This document shows positions 47,841-61,134 of a DNA stretch of 64,000 bases, piece after piece. The notes beneath the pieces were generated by a model. That model was not told the DNA's origin, ran no database searches, and saw nothing but the letters and a program-made list of their open reading frames with translations. A program made the position numbers and the translations under genes. Each line of letters opens with the position of its first letter. The first letter of the stretch is position 1. Location of the stretch: assembly GCF_004010195.1 (NCBI RefSeq), contig NC_057752.1:5079535-5143534 (forward strand). Direction: 5' to 3'. Source of the stretch: Chiloscyllium plagiosum (Eukaryota).

Positions 47841-50344
47841 TAAATAAAACAGATATAATATCTAATGTGCTAATATAGGCCATATAGAATGGTCTATCTT
47901 GGCTAAATGATAGTGTTCTTGCTCTGAGTCAGTAGGTTGTGTGTTGAGTCTCATGCCAGACACTTGAGCACATAATTTAGACTAATACTTCATACAGTAC
48001 TGAAAGGTGCTCTCTTTTGGTGGGTGTCATCTTAATGAGGCATTGGGTGCAATTTTGCCCTCCTTGGAGGTGGTGAGAATGGCAAATAATTGGGCAGAGA
48101 TACTCTTGCCGCCTCAAGAATTAAAATACTGGCAAGAAGGTTAATTGGGCAGCAATTAAGGCCCTTAACAGGTTAATAGTAGCTAGTTAAGAGCTTCAAT
48201 TTGCTACTGGCCCAGTTACCTGTCTTCCCAGCAGGTGAGAAAAGTGCTCAGTTTCCTGACTGTAAAACTAGGATAACCTGCTGCTGGATTAGGGTGGGAC
48301 TCCATTTGCTCTAATTTGGGGCCAATCAAGGGCAGGGATGGGGGTGGCCACTGAAAGCCATCCCTCTGCCCTGGACTCTGACCTCCGCCCCAGCCCTCTT
48401 ATCTCATGACACCCACCATATGAAGCCCATCAGGAAAAAACTTACCTTCTTGCCATTGGATCCCCTGACGACTAGGCCTCTAGTGACAATCTCTATGACC
48501 CAATTTCTGATTGGCTGGCAGCTTCTGGTGAGGCAAGACGTACCACATTGAATTCTGTGGTTACCAGTCACCTCTTGACAAGTTGATTGGAGTGCATCCT
48601 GGTGAGCTTTCTCATTGGTGAGGGTGGGGGCTCAATTGCCACTGAACACCCCTGTCCCCAAATTTAGGCTGCAAAATGGAATGTCTCAGCTAGTGTCTCT
48701 TCTATTAGGTGGACGTTGCATGAACATTCAAAGAGGTATTGGGGAGTTCTCACCATGGTCCTGCAATCTATGGAATATAAACAGGCTATCTAGTAATTTA
48801 TTTCATCAATGCTTGTTTTGTGCAAATTGGCTACCACATTTACATTACAAAAATACATTTCAAAAAGTATTTAATTGATTGTAAAGGGCTTTGGAATGTT
48901 TTGGATCATGAAAGGCACTGTAGAGATATAGATTTTTTTTCTTCTTTTGCTGACTGGTCCCAGGCTTCTTGGAGCATGTCCTGACTGTAGGGTGGACAGG
49001 CAATCTATTTCCAAGCAATTATCCTAGCCTTTAGCTTATGTAGTTTTAGTTAAAGTAAAAGTTCCATGAGATCCCTTTTTCTCCCTCTTCAATTCTCACC
49101 CCTGCATTCCTGAAAACAACTCTCTCACCGTGGTACAGTTCCGCAGACGGCAGCAGGCACCTTCTGCTACCACAATTTATGTGTGACTTCTGACAGCGAG
49201 TGGTAGCAGGCTATCTGACTGTGAATGACACTGTTTCAGTTCAGGCTTTTTCCTAACACATTTGCTCATGTAAATAGCCTAACAACCATTTCTGTGAACA
49301 GATGGAGATATACTATAAATTGAAGCTACATCCTTATACTCTCATACCTCATACTTGGATCAGTGTAGCTCAGACGATTAACCTCTAATTGATAATTAAA
49401 CAAGACATAGGATGCTCACTAAGTCTCATTCCAATTCCAATTATGGAACATATCATACCTTTGCAACCAATTTACACAGGCTAAACTACTGGCCTGAATT
49501 TACATGCAAATACAAAATTACAGGGAAGCAAAATCATACATAAAATGCTAAATAACACAAATATGAAAGACAAGTAAAACCAATGCATTATGGGTTAATG
49601 CTTTTTAGAAAGTTATCATTTTATATTTTTTGGAATGGAATGGAACTTTTCAGGTTCCTTGGCATTGAATTCAGAATTTTTAAGTATATTTTTCAGAATG
49701 AGCTGTTATAAATTGATCCTGGAAGGTCACATAATCTATGAAATCTGAAACATCTTTGGCAGAATACAAGACGAGCAGCCAAGTCTGGTCATTTACTCCT
49801 TGGAACCTTTGATGCAAAGCTATTTCTTTTAAAATGGCCAAGTAAACATAATGTTAACAGTTTCACATCTTGTCAGACAATAACATAATGGTTTTCAACT
49901 GCCATATTCCTCATCATCATAACTTGCTTGTGTCAACGCCTGACAATAACAAGCAATTACATTTGCTTACTGTACTCATTAATATTATAAGTATTCTGGC
50001 CTTAGCCATCAAAGAGAATTCATCATCAGCTACAAATGTTCATACAGGTAGAGTATCCCTGATTCCCCATTTTCCATTTGTGAAATAAACAACCTCTATT
50101 TTAAGCCCTAGCTACATGAAATTAGAGAAACTTAAAGACAGAAATTACTGTTTTGACACAATCCTAGTTGGGAAGTGTCCATGTAGATATTTTTCAATTA
50201 ATGTTTTCAGACATGTTGTGGCTTATCTCTCGAGTAGGTGGGATTTGAACTGGGCCTTCTGGTCTAGAGATAGATACTAACATTACACAACAAGGGCCTT
50301 GCTAAATACACTATTCCACATCTATGCACACTATTTGTTAACTT

Positions 50345-50836
50345 CTGGTAAGATGGAGGAGGAGGAGTAGGCAGAGTTTGGGCTCCTGAGCCCAGGTTTG
50401 TCTGCTCCTCTTTCCGTCTGCTTTTTCGTCATTTTCTTTTCTCCTTACCTTTTATTGGTGGAGGGGTGAGTGTGGGACCAGCACAGAACCCAGCATCAGT
50501 ATTGCTGGCTGCTACATCAGCAGAGGCAATGTTGGCGAGGTGGGCCCAAAAGCAAAAAGATGGTGCCTGTAGAGTGGCGACTCATTGTTGGTGGGTCCAG
50601 TGCAGGCAGTGGCGAGGCGATGGAGGAGGGGTGGCAGAGCGGGTGTTGTTGGTGATCCAGCTCAGGACTCATAGTGGAGGCTGTGGAACAAAGGTGAACT
50701 CTCTTTCAGCAATATCTTTTTTTTAATTCTTAAGCTATTCCAAATGGCTTTGGATTATGGCGACAGTTGAAGCTTTTCATTGTATTTTATTGTATTATTC
50801 ACTGTATAATACACATGACAATAATTCATTCATTCA
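50345..50836 (+). mobile_element. Non-autonomous retroposon with (CATT)n tail
   Basis: Starts AAGATGG; ends TTTTCATTGTA...TACACATGACAATAATTCATTCATTCA, a tail shared with the element at ~33610-34362. Confidence 0.45.
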
Positions 50837-53169
50837 CTGCCAGTCAGGCAACTATGTGACAATTAGGATCAGGTGTCAGCTTTTTTTTTCTTATCTTCAG
50901 CCAGGGTGCAGTAAGCAATTGCCAAAGCTTAATTTGGGCTAAGAATAGTTAATGCAGCATAGATTGAGCCTGGTCTGTATAGGTCAGACTTTAGCCATCA
51001 GCTTAGTCTGTGGTCATTGAGTTCCTTGCTGGTTGGGTAAAATATAACTAAAGTGTAAGTAGATTTATTATTGTGTTTGTATTTTCTGTAGGGATAAACT
51101 TGTAACATTTCTCAAGCACCAAGAATAACTTAGTGAGTAAAAGTACTGCCTGCCCATAGCACCAGCCATATAGACTTGGCTCAAAGGACCTGGGCTAAGT
51201 TTACAGTTTGGCTCAGTTGTTGGCACGTACGCTTTTGAGTCAGAAGTAAATTCCCTTGGCAGACATTTCAGTGCTCCATGGTTGGAGGTTCATCTTACAG
51301 ATGAGACATTAAACCAAGTTCTGCTTGCCATGTCAGGTGGATGATAAAACTCCAGTGGCATTATTAAATAATAGAAAGATCACAACCTTTGCTGCCATCA
51401 TTTTCCTTGCAAAATAAATTAGTTGGTTATTTATATAAAAAGTGTACATACAGGCTGCTCTGATTCCCTCACAATGCTTTCCTGTATTACCTAATGAAAA
51501 GGCAAATATTAGACACAGGCCCTCAGTTGTAACAATTTGCTTTAGCATAAAATGCCTCTGTTGATTGAGCTAAACTCCTGTGGAGTAACCTTCAGGTAAT
51601 CTTGTTCATTTGTGAAAGGGCCTGGAGCACATAGAACCATTTCAGAGACGTCCCCCATTATATCTCTACACCTTGTTCCAAGTTCCATGTAAAGATTTCA
51701 TGACGGCAATGACTTTAAACTGTTTGCAATGTAGCTAACTTGTATTTTATATATTATACAGTCATGTTGTCCAATTTGGATTAATGTGGAGAGGCTTCAG
51801 CTTCACAATGGAAACCGTGGTGTGTAATTCAGATTTTAAGTAGATTTGAGGGGTAGAACTATAACTGGTACAAAATAAAGTTTCAGAGGTTCCAGGGCAG
51901 TCTACTGAAGTTTTTAAGATGCTCTAAATCCTTTACTGTTAGTGGAAGGCTAATGGGATAGTCTGCTCTTTGCTAACATTAAAATCCAATGGAAATTCAA
52001 AAGCTGATGAGTGGGAGTTTGTTCTTTGTTCCCAATATTGATTTCAACAGACCTGGGCCTTCCAATAACAATATTCATCATATTTTGCCACCACATCCAT
52101 AGCTGGCTCAGTTGACACACAACATTATCTTTCAAAAAAAGAACTATGGCAGTATAAATTTGACATTGTATTATGTAATGTTATGCATCCTTCTGTGAGC
52201 TAAAGAATATGAGAACAAATAACGACTTGCAAGCAAACAAAAAAGTATATTTCATGGATGCTAAGAACAAACTTGCATTTTTTGCAAGACTGTACTTGTT
52301 ACGTACCAGTTTGACAGATTGGTCCTTTGGGCCTCATTAGCATTGTCTGAATCAGTTTTGTTATTATTACTGGGACTACATGTATGTAACAGTAGAGTAC
52401 CTGTGATGGCTCTGCCTGTTACAGATGTTTTTGCTTTGGCCTGGGACAAAGTGTTGTGAATCCACTCAGGGAGCTTTAACTCTGTATTTACATTGCAAAT
52501 TCAGCACTGCTACAAAATGCTTTAAACTTTGCATCATTTCTGAATTTGTGCAATGTAAAGGGCAAACTGATTGGAAAGCGAAACAGAGTGAGACACCTTA
52601 ATCCAGGGATTTTTACTCTCTTTCGCTCTAGTGACTGGTTGGCCCCAACTCTGGATTCAGGCTGAACTTACTCTATAACAGTATCAGTGTGAAGCCAAAC
52701 TGCATTCTTCTGATGATCAAGTTGTAGTATCAAAGCACCTTTAACCTACCCCCTCTTTGCAAATAGTGGAAAAACTCGAAAGATGCATTCAGACGATAAC
52801 ATTTATAGATCACTTCTGGTATATGTTGTATATGAAGTGCAAAATGATAATCTTATATTGATGTGAAATTTGGGACTAATTGTGCATGATTGGAGAGCCA
52901 TAGATGAAAATATGTAATTTGAAAGTGTTTTACATGTAGATACCTAATCACACAACAACACAGAATAAGAGGCTGTTCAGCCCATTGTATCTATGCCAGC
53001 TCTTTAATAAAATTATCCATTTAGTTCTTCTTATATTGTCTTTCTTCATTGTCCTACAATCTTTTCCTTTTCAAGTCAAGATTTGCCATGTCCCTGTCCC
53101 AGCTAAGATTCTTACCTGTCTCACCTTTGGATGGACACTAGTTTATTTTCAGCGAACTGCATATCTTTT

Positions 53170-53490
53170 GACACAAAATGTAAAACAAAAACAATGACAG
53201 TTAAAAGGAAAACATTAGAATAAAGTAGCTGGGGGATTTAAGTGGGCAACATCACACTGGAACAAGGAAATAAGTTTGTATATTTAGGACAAATGATAAC
53301 AGAAGGTGGCAGGTGTGATGCAGGTGCTAGCAGAAAGGTAGACATAGTCAGAAGTAAATTTGTGAAGGCAAAGAGTTTGACAAAAGGAAAAAAAAGGTGC
53401 TACATTCTATCCACTTTCCTGTCTGACTCAGAAATTCAGATAAATAAGTAAAAATCTATGGAAGAAAATGGAGGCGTCTGAAATGTGGAC
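53170..53490 (+). mobile_element. RTE-clade LINE fragment
   Basis: LEQGNKFVYLGQMITEGGRCD...CYILSTFL.DSE...KMEASEMW, the post-RT region typical of RTE elements. Confidence 0.75.
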
Positions 53491-53969
53491 GCTGGCCCTG
53501 AATTTGGACTTGAACCTGAACCTGGAACTTTTCATTTGGAGGCAACAGTGCACCAACTGAGCCATTACCTGCACATAAGCGAAGTGGGGAAGGTTCTGTT
53601 GTGACAGCAAAAAGAATGCGGAGGATACTGGGGAAACTTGGCTCCTGCTGAGAAGTCAGATGATAATTCAGGTATCAACCTTTCTTCAGAAGTGATGATC
53701 TGACTGTCAAGTACTAAACGATTGTAGATGTTATAATGTATAATGTATTAACCACTGCCAGTTAGCAAGTATCAACATTCCCCCACCCCCAGCCCAAAAA
53801 TCCTGGTATATCACAATATTTAATATATTTTTACAGCTAACTGAAACAAAAAAAAAGTCCTACCTGTCAGTCATATTCAACTGCTGGTTTGACTGTGATG
53901 CTGCATAATGGATAAAATCAATCACATTAATTTTTCCTGCCCCTGCCTGGTTTTCACTCAGCAAAGGTT

Positions 53970-54058
53970 TCACTGCCAGTGAAAATTACCAGCAGAACCT
54001 GGAATCTCCTACCTCCTGGTCCAGGTAACAGTCACTGCCAGTGAAAATTACCAGCAGA
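53970..54058. repeat. 27-bp direct repeat
   Basis: TCACTGCCAGTGAAAATTACCAGCAGA at 53970-53996 and 54032-54058. Confidence 0.9.
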
Positions 54059-54284
54059 CCTACCTTTGAACATCAAAGTGAGAAAAAAATGTCAAACATA
54101 AAACAAAGTGTGAAATACTATGACTGGGATTGTTTTTCACATCAAAGAACAATGTCTGATTTCTATCACGTAAAATGATCTACTACAGTTTTATTAATCT
54201 TCAGAGTACTGTGTGACCTTTGAAACTAATAAATAAATACCATTTTATCATTTGTAGCAATACTGATTATGACAAAATAATGGA

Positions 54285-55015
54285 AATATAAAATCTGTTT
54301 TGGCCTATCGTGCACATGCCTGCTTTTTGAAAGAGATGCCCAATTTAGCTCACACCTCAGTTATTCAGTGACAAAGTATGCAGAATTAGATCCCTGGAAA
54401 ATCCCTTATGATGGGGGAACTGAAAAAGAAAACCTCTGCAAATTAGTCTCCTCAAGTACTTGTTCGGTTGTCTTTTGAGAAATAGTTTGGACCTTGATTT
54501 CATCACACTTTCAGGGAATGTGTTCTAGATTTGAACAATTTTCTGTGATTGACCCCTCTTTCCTTCTCAGTCTTCTGTCAATTATTTTAAATTGATGGTC
54601 TCAGGAATAAACTATCCAAACCCATAATTATTTTAAACATGTCTTTCAAATCTCTCTTTAAACCTCTCTATGCTAAAGAGAGCAATCCCAGCTTTTCCAA
54701 TCTCTCTATATAGCTGAGCTCCCTCAACTCTGATATCACGCTGGGAAACCTCCGTATCCAATCCCTGATTTGCCTTTTAAAACTCTGCACTGCCAGTCCC
54801 TTATTAACTTATGCTTTTCCAACTAAGGATTAATTTTTGTCATGACAGTAAGCTCTAGCTGTTTCCCCAACATTAATATTCAGCTAATTGGCCTGTAGGT
54901 TTATCCCTTTCTCCATTTTTAGGTCAGGAGTGTAGCATTCACCATTTTCAAGTCCTCCGGATCACTCTCAAATCCAAGGAAGATTGAAAGATTGTGATCA
55001 GAGCTGCTTCTATCC
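54285..55015 (-). mobile_element. Highly degenerate CR1 fragments
   Basis: AAAGAGAGCAATCCCAGCTTTTCCAATCTCTC and TAATTGGCCTGTAG (YRPI) traces. Confidence 0.5.
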
Positions 55016-55999
55016 CGTCCTCATATATATATATTAATTACATATATGGGCGTGGTGACTTGTTAAATTTAGCTCATTTTGTACTTGCCTTTTCTTTTTC
55101 AGTTATCAAGGACTGAATTTTACCAGAAATCAGCTCAGTGCCAATTTTGGGGAGTTTCATGGAGGGTTTCTCCATGTCTTTGCACACCACCTTCTCATAC
55201 GCGTACCTCACTACCTGTGTACCACACCCTACGGTGCCCCTCTCATTGTATTCTCCCGCTTGTCACAGGCAGAAGTACTGACCACTGCTGGGGATCTCCC
55301 TGGATTTCTGCCATCTGCACCACCTTTAAAACCCAGCAGTGTATTGGGTCAGGTGCTGGCACTCTGCAACTGCCCTTCACAGTTCCTGTCAATTGTCCCA
55401 GACACATTGGGCAGAAGGTAATTGTCACCCCTCTTTGCTGATAGGGACCTGGAGGTCCTGATGGATGGGGGGAGGGAGAGGGCATGCAGTCATTGGCCAT
55501 GGAGCCTTGACCAAGCAGTCAAGGAAGAGCAAGCAGTGATCTGGAGTCACCAGGTTATTGCTCTAGCTTTCGTGTCAAGAATTGTCTCTGTCTACTTTCT
55601 ATCCTGAGGGTGGGAGAATGGGAATATCAATGAGGTCAGGTGATGTCATAATGAGATGTCATAAGGATTCTGGGTAATCCAAATGGAGGAATGGGAAAAA
55701 ATTGTGGCTGTAAGACTGCTCCTTTTTTGGATGTATTCTCAGTGTTCGAGGTGATTTCCTCGAATTCTAGGAGCAGTTATTACTGTTTTATAAGCTGTTG
55801 CATTGTTTTGGAACTTTGGAAAAAAACAAAACAACAACAATTTTAAAAAGGAGGAAGACAGACAAAGGCAGTAATCACATAGGAAGTGAATCAAATGGGG
55901 AAAGAAATCTACATTGCTTTCCAACCCAGCAGTGAGTGCACAGCTACTGCCTCTGCTGTTTGAATTCAAGTATCTCTGGACATTGGAGTTTGTCTAAGA

Positions 56000-58148
56000 A
56001 AAATTAACAAACAGTGAAATTCATAGCTGACCTTAGAGAAACCCGTGTGGGTGACTCACAGCAGGAGAGTAGCTAAGTGGCTTTTTAAAGTGTATCCTTA
56101 CTGTTCATTTTGTAAAGCTACAATAGTGAGTACAGTGGGTTTTATTTGATTATATGTTTTATTGAGGTCTGTCTCTTGATTCAATTTTAAAAATATAAAA
56201 CATAGGTACTAAGTTAGCCTGGAGCAGGAGGACTGTGCTATTTTCTGGGTCTGTAGATTGTTGAGATGCAAAGATGGCCTTTAGTAGAGTGGTGTGCTCT
56301 TCCTGTCACATGTGAGAGATTAGGGAGAGTTTTCATGTTACTGATGATTATGTCTGCAGGAAGTGTTTGGTTGCAAATCCTATCAGATAGATCGATTGGA
56401 ATGGCAGTTAGAGGCAATGCAGAATTTACAGGAGCTGGGGGGTTTGATGGACGTCAGTTGTAGGAAGGGTGAAAAACCACAGATACAGTCAGGTAGATGG
56501 GTTAATTGCAGGAAAGGTAGGAGAGGGAGGCAGGTAGTTCAGGAGTCTCCTGTAGCTATCCCTGTCTCAAACAAGTACAGTTGGTTCTGCTATAACGGGT
56601 GTTTATTCAACACGAATTGGTTTTAACACAGTTGCAGAATTTAGACCATTATTTGTAGAACACAAACTTTCCTTACCTGTACTGACTATAAGGTGATTCC
56701 AGCCCCATTAGTTTAAATGGTGCGGCTATTGTGAGATTTTCTTATAATGCGAGATCACATGAGAACAGAACTACAGTGTTATATCAGAACCGGCTGTACG
56801 CTGTTTTGGAAAACGTGATGGTCTGTCAGGGGAATGTACCACTAACAGCTCTAATGTAATGAGGGGTATGTCAGGTTCCAAGCAATCGATTGTGAAAGGG
56901 GACTCTCTAGTTAGAGGTACAGACAGATGTTTCTGCAGTTGACAATGAGGGACCAGAATGGTGCCTCCCTGGTGCCAGGATCAAGAATATCTCAGTTACG
57001 GTGCAGAACATTTTCAAAGGGGAGATTCTCAAAGCAGGAGGTTGTTGTACACATTTGAACTAACAATGTAGGAAGAGAAAAGGATGAGATTCTGAGGAGA
57101 GAATATAGGGAGGTAGGCAGGAATTTAAAAAAGGTCCTCAAGAGTAGTAATATCTGGATTACTCCCAGTGCCAAAAGCTCGTGAGGGTAGGAATGAATGA
57201 ATGTGTGGCTGAGGTACTGATTCAGGGCAGAAGGATTCACATTTTTGGATCATTGGAATCTCTTCTTGGATAGAAGTGATCTGTATAAGGATGGATTGCA
57301 CCTGAATTGGAAGGGGACTAATATACTGGCAGGAAGATTTGCTCGAGCTGCTTGGGAGGATTTAAACTAACAAGGTAGGGGGAGCCCAGGGAGACAGTGA
57401 GGAAAGATATCAGTCCAAGACTGGTGCAGTTGGGGAAGGGAGCAAGTTAAACAGTCAGGGCAGGCAGGAACAATGCAGACAATTTGATAAAACTGATAAA
57501 TTAAAATTTGTTTATTTCAATGCAAGAAGCCTAACAGGTAAGGCAGATGAACTCAGGGCATGGTTGAGAACATAGGACGGGGATATCATAGCAATTACAG
57601 AGACTTGGCTCAGGGGGCAAGAGAGGAGGGGGAGTGGCGTTTTTGATTTGGGACGACATTATGGCTGTACTCAGGGAGGATATTCCTGGGAATACATCCG
57701 GGGAAGTTATTTGGGTGAAACTGAAAAATAAGAAAGGGATGATCACCTTATTGGAATTGTACCACACACCCCTTCAACAGTCAGTGGGAAATTGAGAAAC
57801 AAATTTGTCAGAATATCTCAGTTATTTGTAAAAATAATAGGCTGGTTATGGTAGAGGATTTTAACTTACCAAACATAGACTGGGACGACCATTGTGTTAA
57901 GGATTTAGATGGAGAGGAATTTGTTAAGCGTGTACAAGAAAATTTTCTGATTCAGTATTTGGATGTTCCTACTAGAGTAGGTGCAAAACTTGACCTACTC
58001 TTGGGAAATAAGGCAGGGCAGGTGACTGAGGTGTCAGTGGGGGAACACTTTGGGGACAGTGACCGTAATTCTATTAGTTTTAAAAAAGTGATGGAAAAGG
58101 ATAGACAGGATCTAAAAGTTGAAGTTCTAAATTGGAGGAAGGCCAATT
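56000..58148 (+). mobile_element. CR1 LINE 5' portion: ORF1 (Zn-finger/coiled coil plus SGNH esterase) and ORF2 endonuclease, disrupted
   Basis: CSSCHM..DYVCRKC, GDSLVRGTD, DGLHLN, YFNARSL, DFNLPNIDW...SDRN; many stops; ends abruptly at ~58148. Confidence 0.9.
56578..56796. mobile_element. Tc1/mariner (pogo/Tigger-type) MITE, 219 bp, inside CR1 ORF1
   Basis: TA duplication (56576-56577, 56797-56798); TIRs CAGTTGGTTCTGCTATAAC / GTTATATCAGAACCGGCTG; empty site AAACAAGTATGCTG present in the sister CR1 near 61340. Confidence 0.9.
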
Positions 58149-60451
58149 TGTCCTGTGCATCTTGTTCAAGTTGCCACTTTTTGTATGTCAGGGTTGAAAG
58201 CGAGTGCTGGCGGACAACTTAACCTTGATTATGTCCTTGCTTGACATCCACATATTTGGACACACAGTCAGAGCTTATCAAACAGTGATTAAGGACAACA
58301 ATCTTGACTGATTTTATTGTTATTCCAAAGTGAGGCACAATGAATAAGGCAGAGTCCAGTTAATGGGCATGGAACCTTCACATTCTGAATATATCAGTAC
58401 CGCACATTGGTGACATTTACCTGCTGATCCATCAAGGGATACCTAATGATCTAATTATATTAGCAGTGCCAGTGATACATTCATTCACAAACAAAATTCC
58501 TTCATCTTTCCTTGCCTCTGCCCTACCTTCTATAACCCAGTCCTATCTCCCCTGCCTAACTTACCTTCATCTCTCCCCTTCCAACAACACATTCCATCTT
58601 CCATTGTCAGCCCACCCCCTTCTATTATCCGTACTCCATCTTCTGCTAATCACAATGCATTTCATTTCACAGTGTTTTGTTATAGTGTCAACACTCTTGG
58701 GAGGAAAGTATCAGGAAGGGGAAATTATATGCGGAAATATTTCTTGAGGCTGCAACAGATCTTCAGGTTAAGATAATATTTATTAACCAGTCATACTTTT
58801 CTCATGTATGTTGGTGACACCTCTGAATCTGACACATTCCTGCTTGTCTATCATCTTAATATTATCGCATTACAGGATTTGAATATACAGTATTCCAATT
58901 GAATTAATGTGCATATATTAACCCTTAATTCAGGACATTTAAATGAGGATATTGTAACCTGTAGTTTTGTACAGGTATCAACTAATTATACAGCATATAG
59001 CAAAGTGGAGTTCCTACTAGTGTTAGAATGTGGGCAACCATTTTAAAAAGCTACAGACAAAGCAGTTGCTCAAACAGCAGCTGATACTTTGCGAATGAAT
59101 AATCATGAACTTTACTGGGGAATTGAGGACAACAACCTAATTGAGATGCAGCCTTATTCTTCTGATCATCTTGCTTGTCTGCAATTTGCTGGTACAGTAA
59201 GTTCCATTATTAATTCTAGAAGTCAATGGAATAGCAGTGGGTTAAATACACCCAGACAGGAATCCAGAACTTCTCACAAAAACACACAAAAAATGTGCTG
59301 TTAGAATAATAATCGGTAATATAATTATCACACTTGCGTAGGATGTTAGAAAATGTCATTGCATGTCATGCATAATAAGGAAAATTTGTCCTGGCAGCTG
59401 CATTGGAATAAGTGGAGAAGCCCATTTCTCAGGATTTTTTTACTGCAGAATAAATGGCATGTATTGCTTTTACAATCTTAATTTTAGAATTTTTCCCCAG
59501 TGTAAACAGATTAGTGTGATAGCACAATATGGATCAAAATTACAACACAGGAAGTTCAGGTAAGTTATTTTATGCACTTTCTTACATTTATATTTCCATT
59601 CCATTCTCCATCTTATCCACACTCTCTTTTAAAGTGCAGGAGGTCAACTTCTTGCATGTTATGTCCTAACTGCAATCATGTAGTTAAATCGGCTACTGTC
59701 ACACAGTCCAATTTGAGACATAACGAATAGCAAATTTGAATTGACTTAGTTGGTCTGAGTCAGAAGATTATCGACTCAAGCTCTAACTGAAGACTTGCTC
59801 TGTTTATATCCTGCAGGAGCTCAGGTGAAAGTTAAAGATCTTGTGGCCCTATTTAAAGCTTAAGTAGGGAGTTCTCTTGATGTCCCAGCCAACATTCCTT
59901 TTTCAACCAACACCACCAAAAACAGATTGGCTGGCTAATTGGCTCATTTGCTATTTCTGCAATTGTGCCATGTGTAAGAGTCTTGTGTATTGCTGAGAGA
60001 TATGCTAAGGCTTTATGTCAAAGCAGATCTTTCTATTTTTGGAAAAGGTGCGAAGAGATAACTGGGACCCACAGAAATGGACAATGCCAAAGAGGCAAGG
60101 GTAGGAGAGAAAACACTCATGAAGACAAAAAGAGGAAGAAAAGAAGTTTGAGAAATAAGTCAATTTTAAATGAGTAATGCAGCCATCGAATACAGAGATA
60201 CTGAAGACAGTTTAGTCCCTGCCTTGAACATCAAATTTTGCTTTATACCAAGAATGCTGATTATTGAATGTAAAATGGATCTAATTAACTCCCAGATCAT
60301 TAAGTGCAAAGTCAAGTGGAATCCACAAAACAAGCATTGTAGATGTGGTGTGCAAATAACCAGGAAAAATGACGTGGTGTGACTAAAACCGCAATTTGGT
60401 GCTTCTATTCACACTTACACTGCAGTGGCATTTGACACTGTGCACAAATAT

Positions 60452-60840
60452 CTAAGACCATAAGATATAAGAACAGAATTAGGCCATTTGACCCATCGAG
60501 TCTACTCTGTCATTTCATCATGTCTGATATATTTCTCAACCCCATTCTTCTGATTTCTCCCTGTAATTCTTGATCCCTTTACTAATCAAGAACCTATCTA
60601 TCTCTGTCTTAAATACACTCAATGACTTGGCCTCCATAGCCCTCTTTGGCCATGAGTTCCACAGATTCACTACCCTCTGGTTGAAGAAATTCCTCATCAT
60701 CTTAGTTCTAAAGATTTGTCCATTCACTCTGAGGTGGTGGCATTGAGTTCTACTCTCTCCTACCAGTGGAAATATCTTCTCCACAACCCCTCTATCCAGG
60801 CCTCTGAATATTCTGGAGGTTTTAATGAGATTACCCCTTG
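60452..60840 (-). mobile_element. CR1 3' fragment
   Basis: EKIFPLVGESRT...RNFFNQRVVNLWNS; TAAGACCATAAGA tail. Confidence 0.9.
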
Positions 60841-61134
60841 ATGTTCCTCCTCCCTGCCTCCACTAACACTTTATTAAACATGTATGGTATGGTGAGTGCA
60901 AAGGAAGGAAGGAACAGGTTCTTTCATGCATTCACTAAAACACATCCAGAAAATTCACCGTGAATGCTATCCTCAGGGTGTTGTTTTTCTAGTACGGGCT
61001 GGATTAAATCACAGGTTTTAATCAATCTAGCGCATGTCCAGGGTTCCTCAAGATTTGAAACTGAAGTCTTGCTATGTAAGAAAATATGAAAATCTTGAGA
61101 GATTTTGGAATTGAACATAAATGCCATTGGTTGT

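Noticed and set aside
48046..48670. Possible Harbinger-type non-autonomous element (also ~55108-55770)
   Set aside because: The ends only loosely resemble GGG..AATTTT TIRs, and I could not establish TIR pairing or a TSD.
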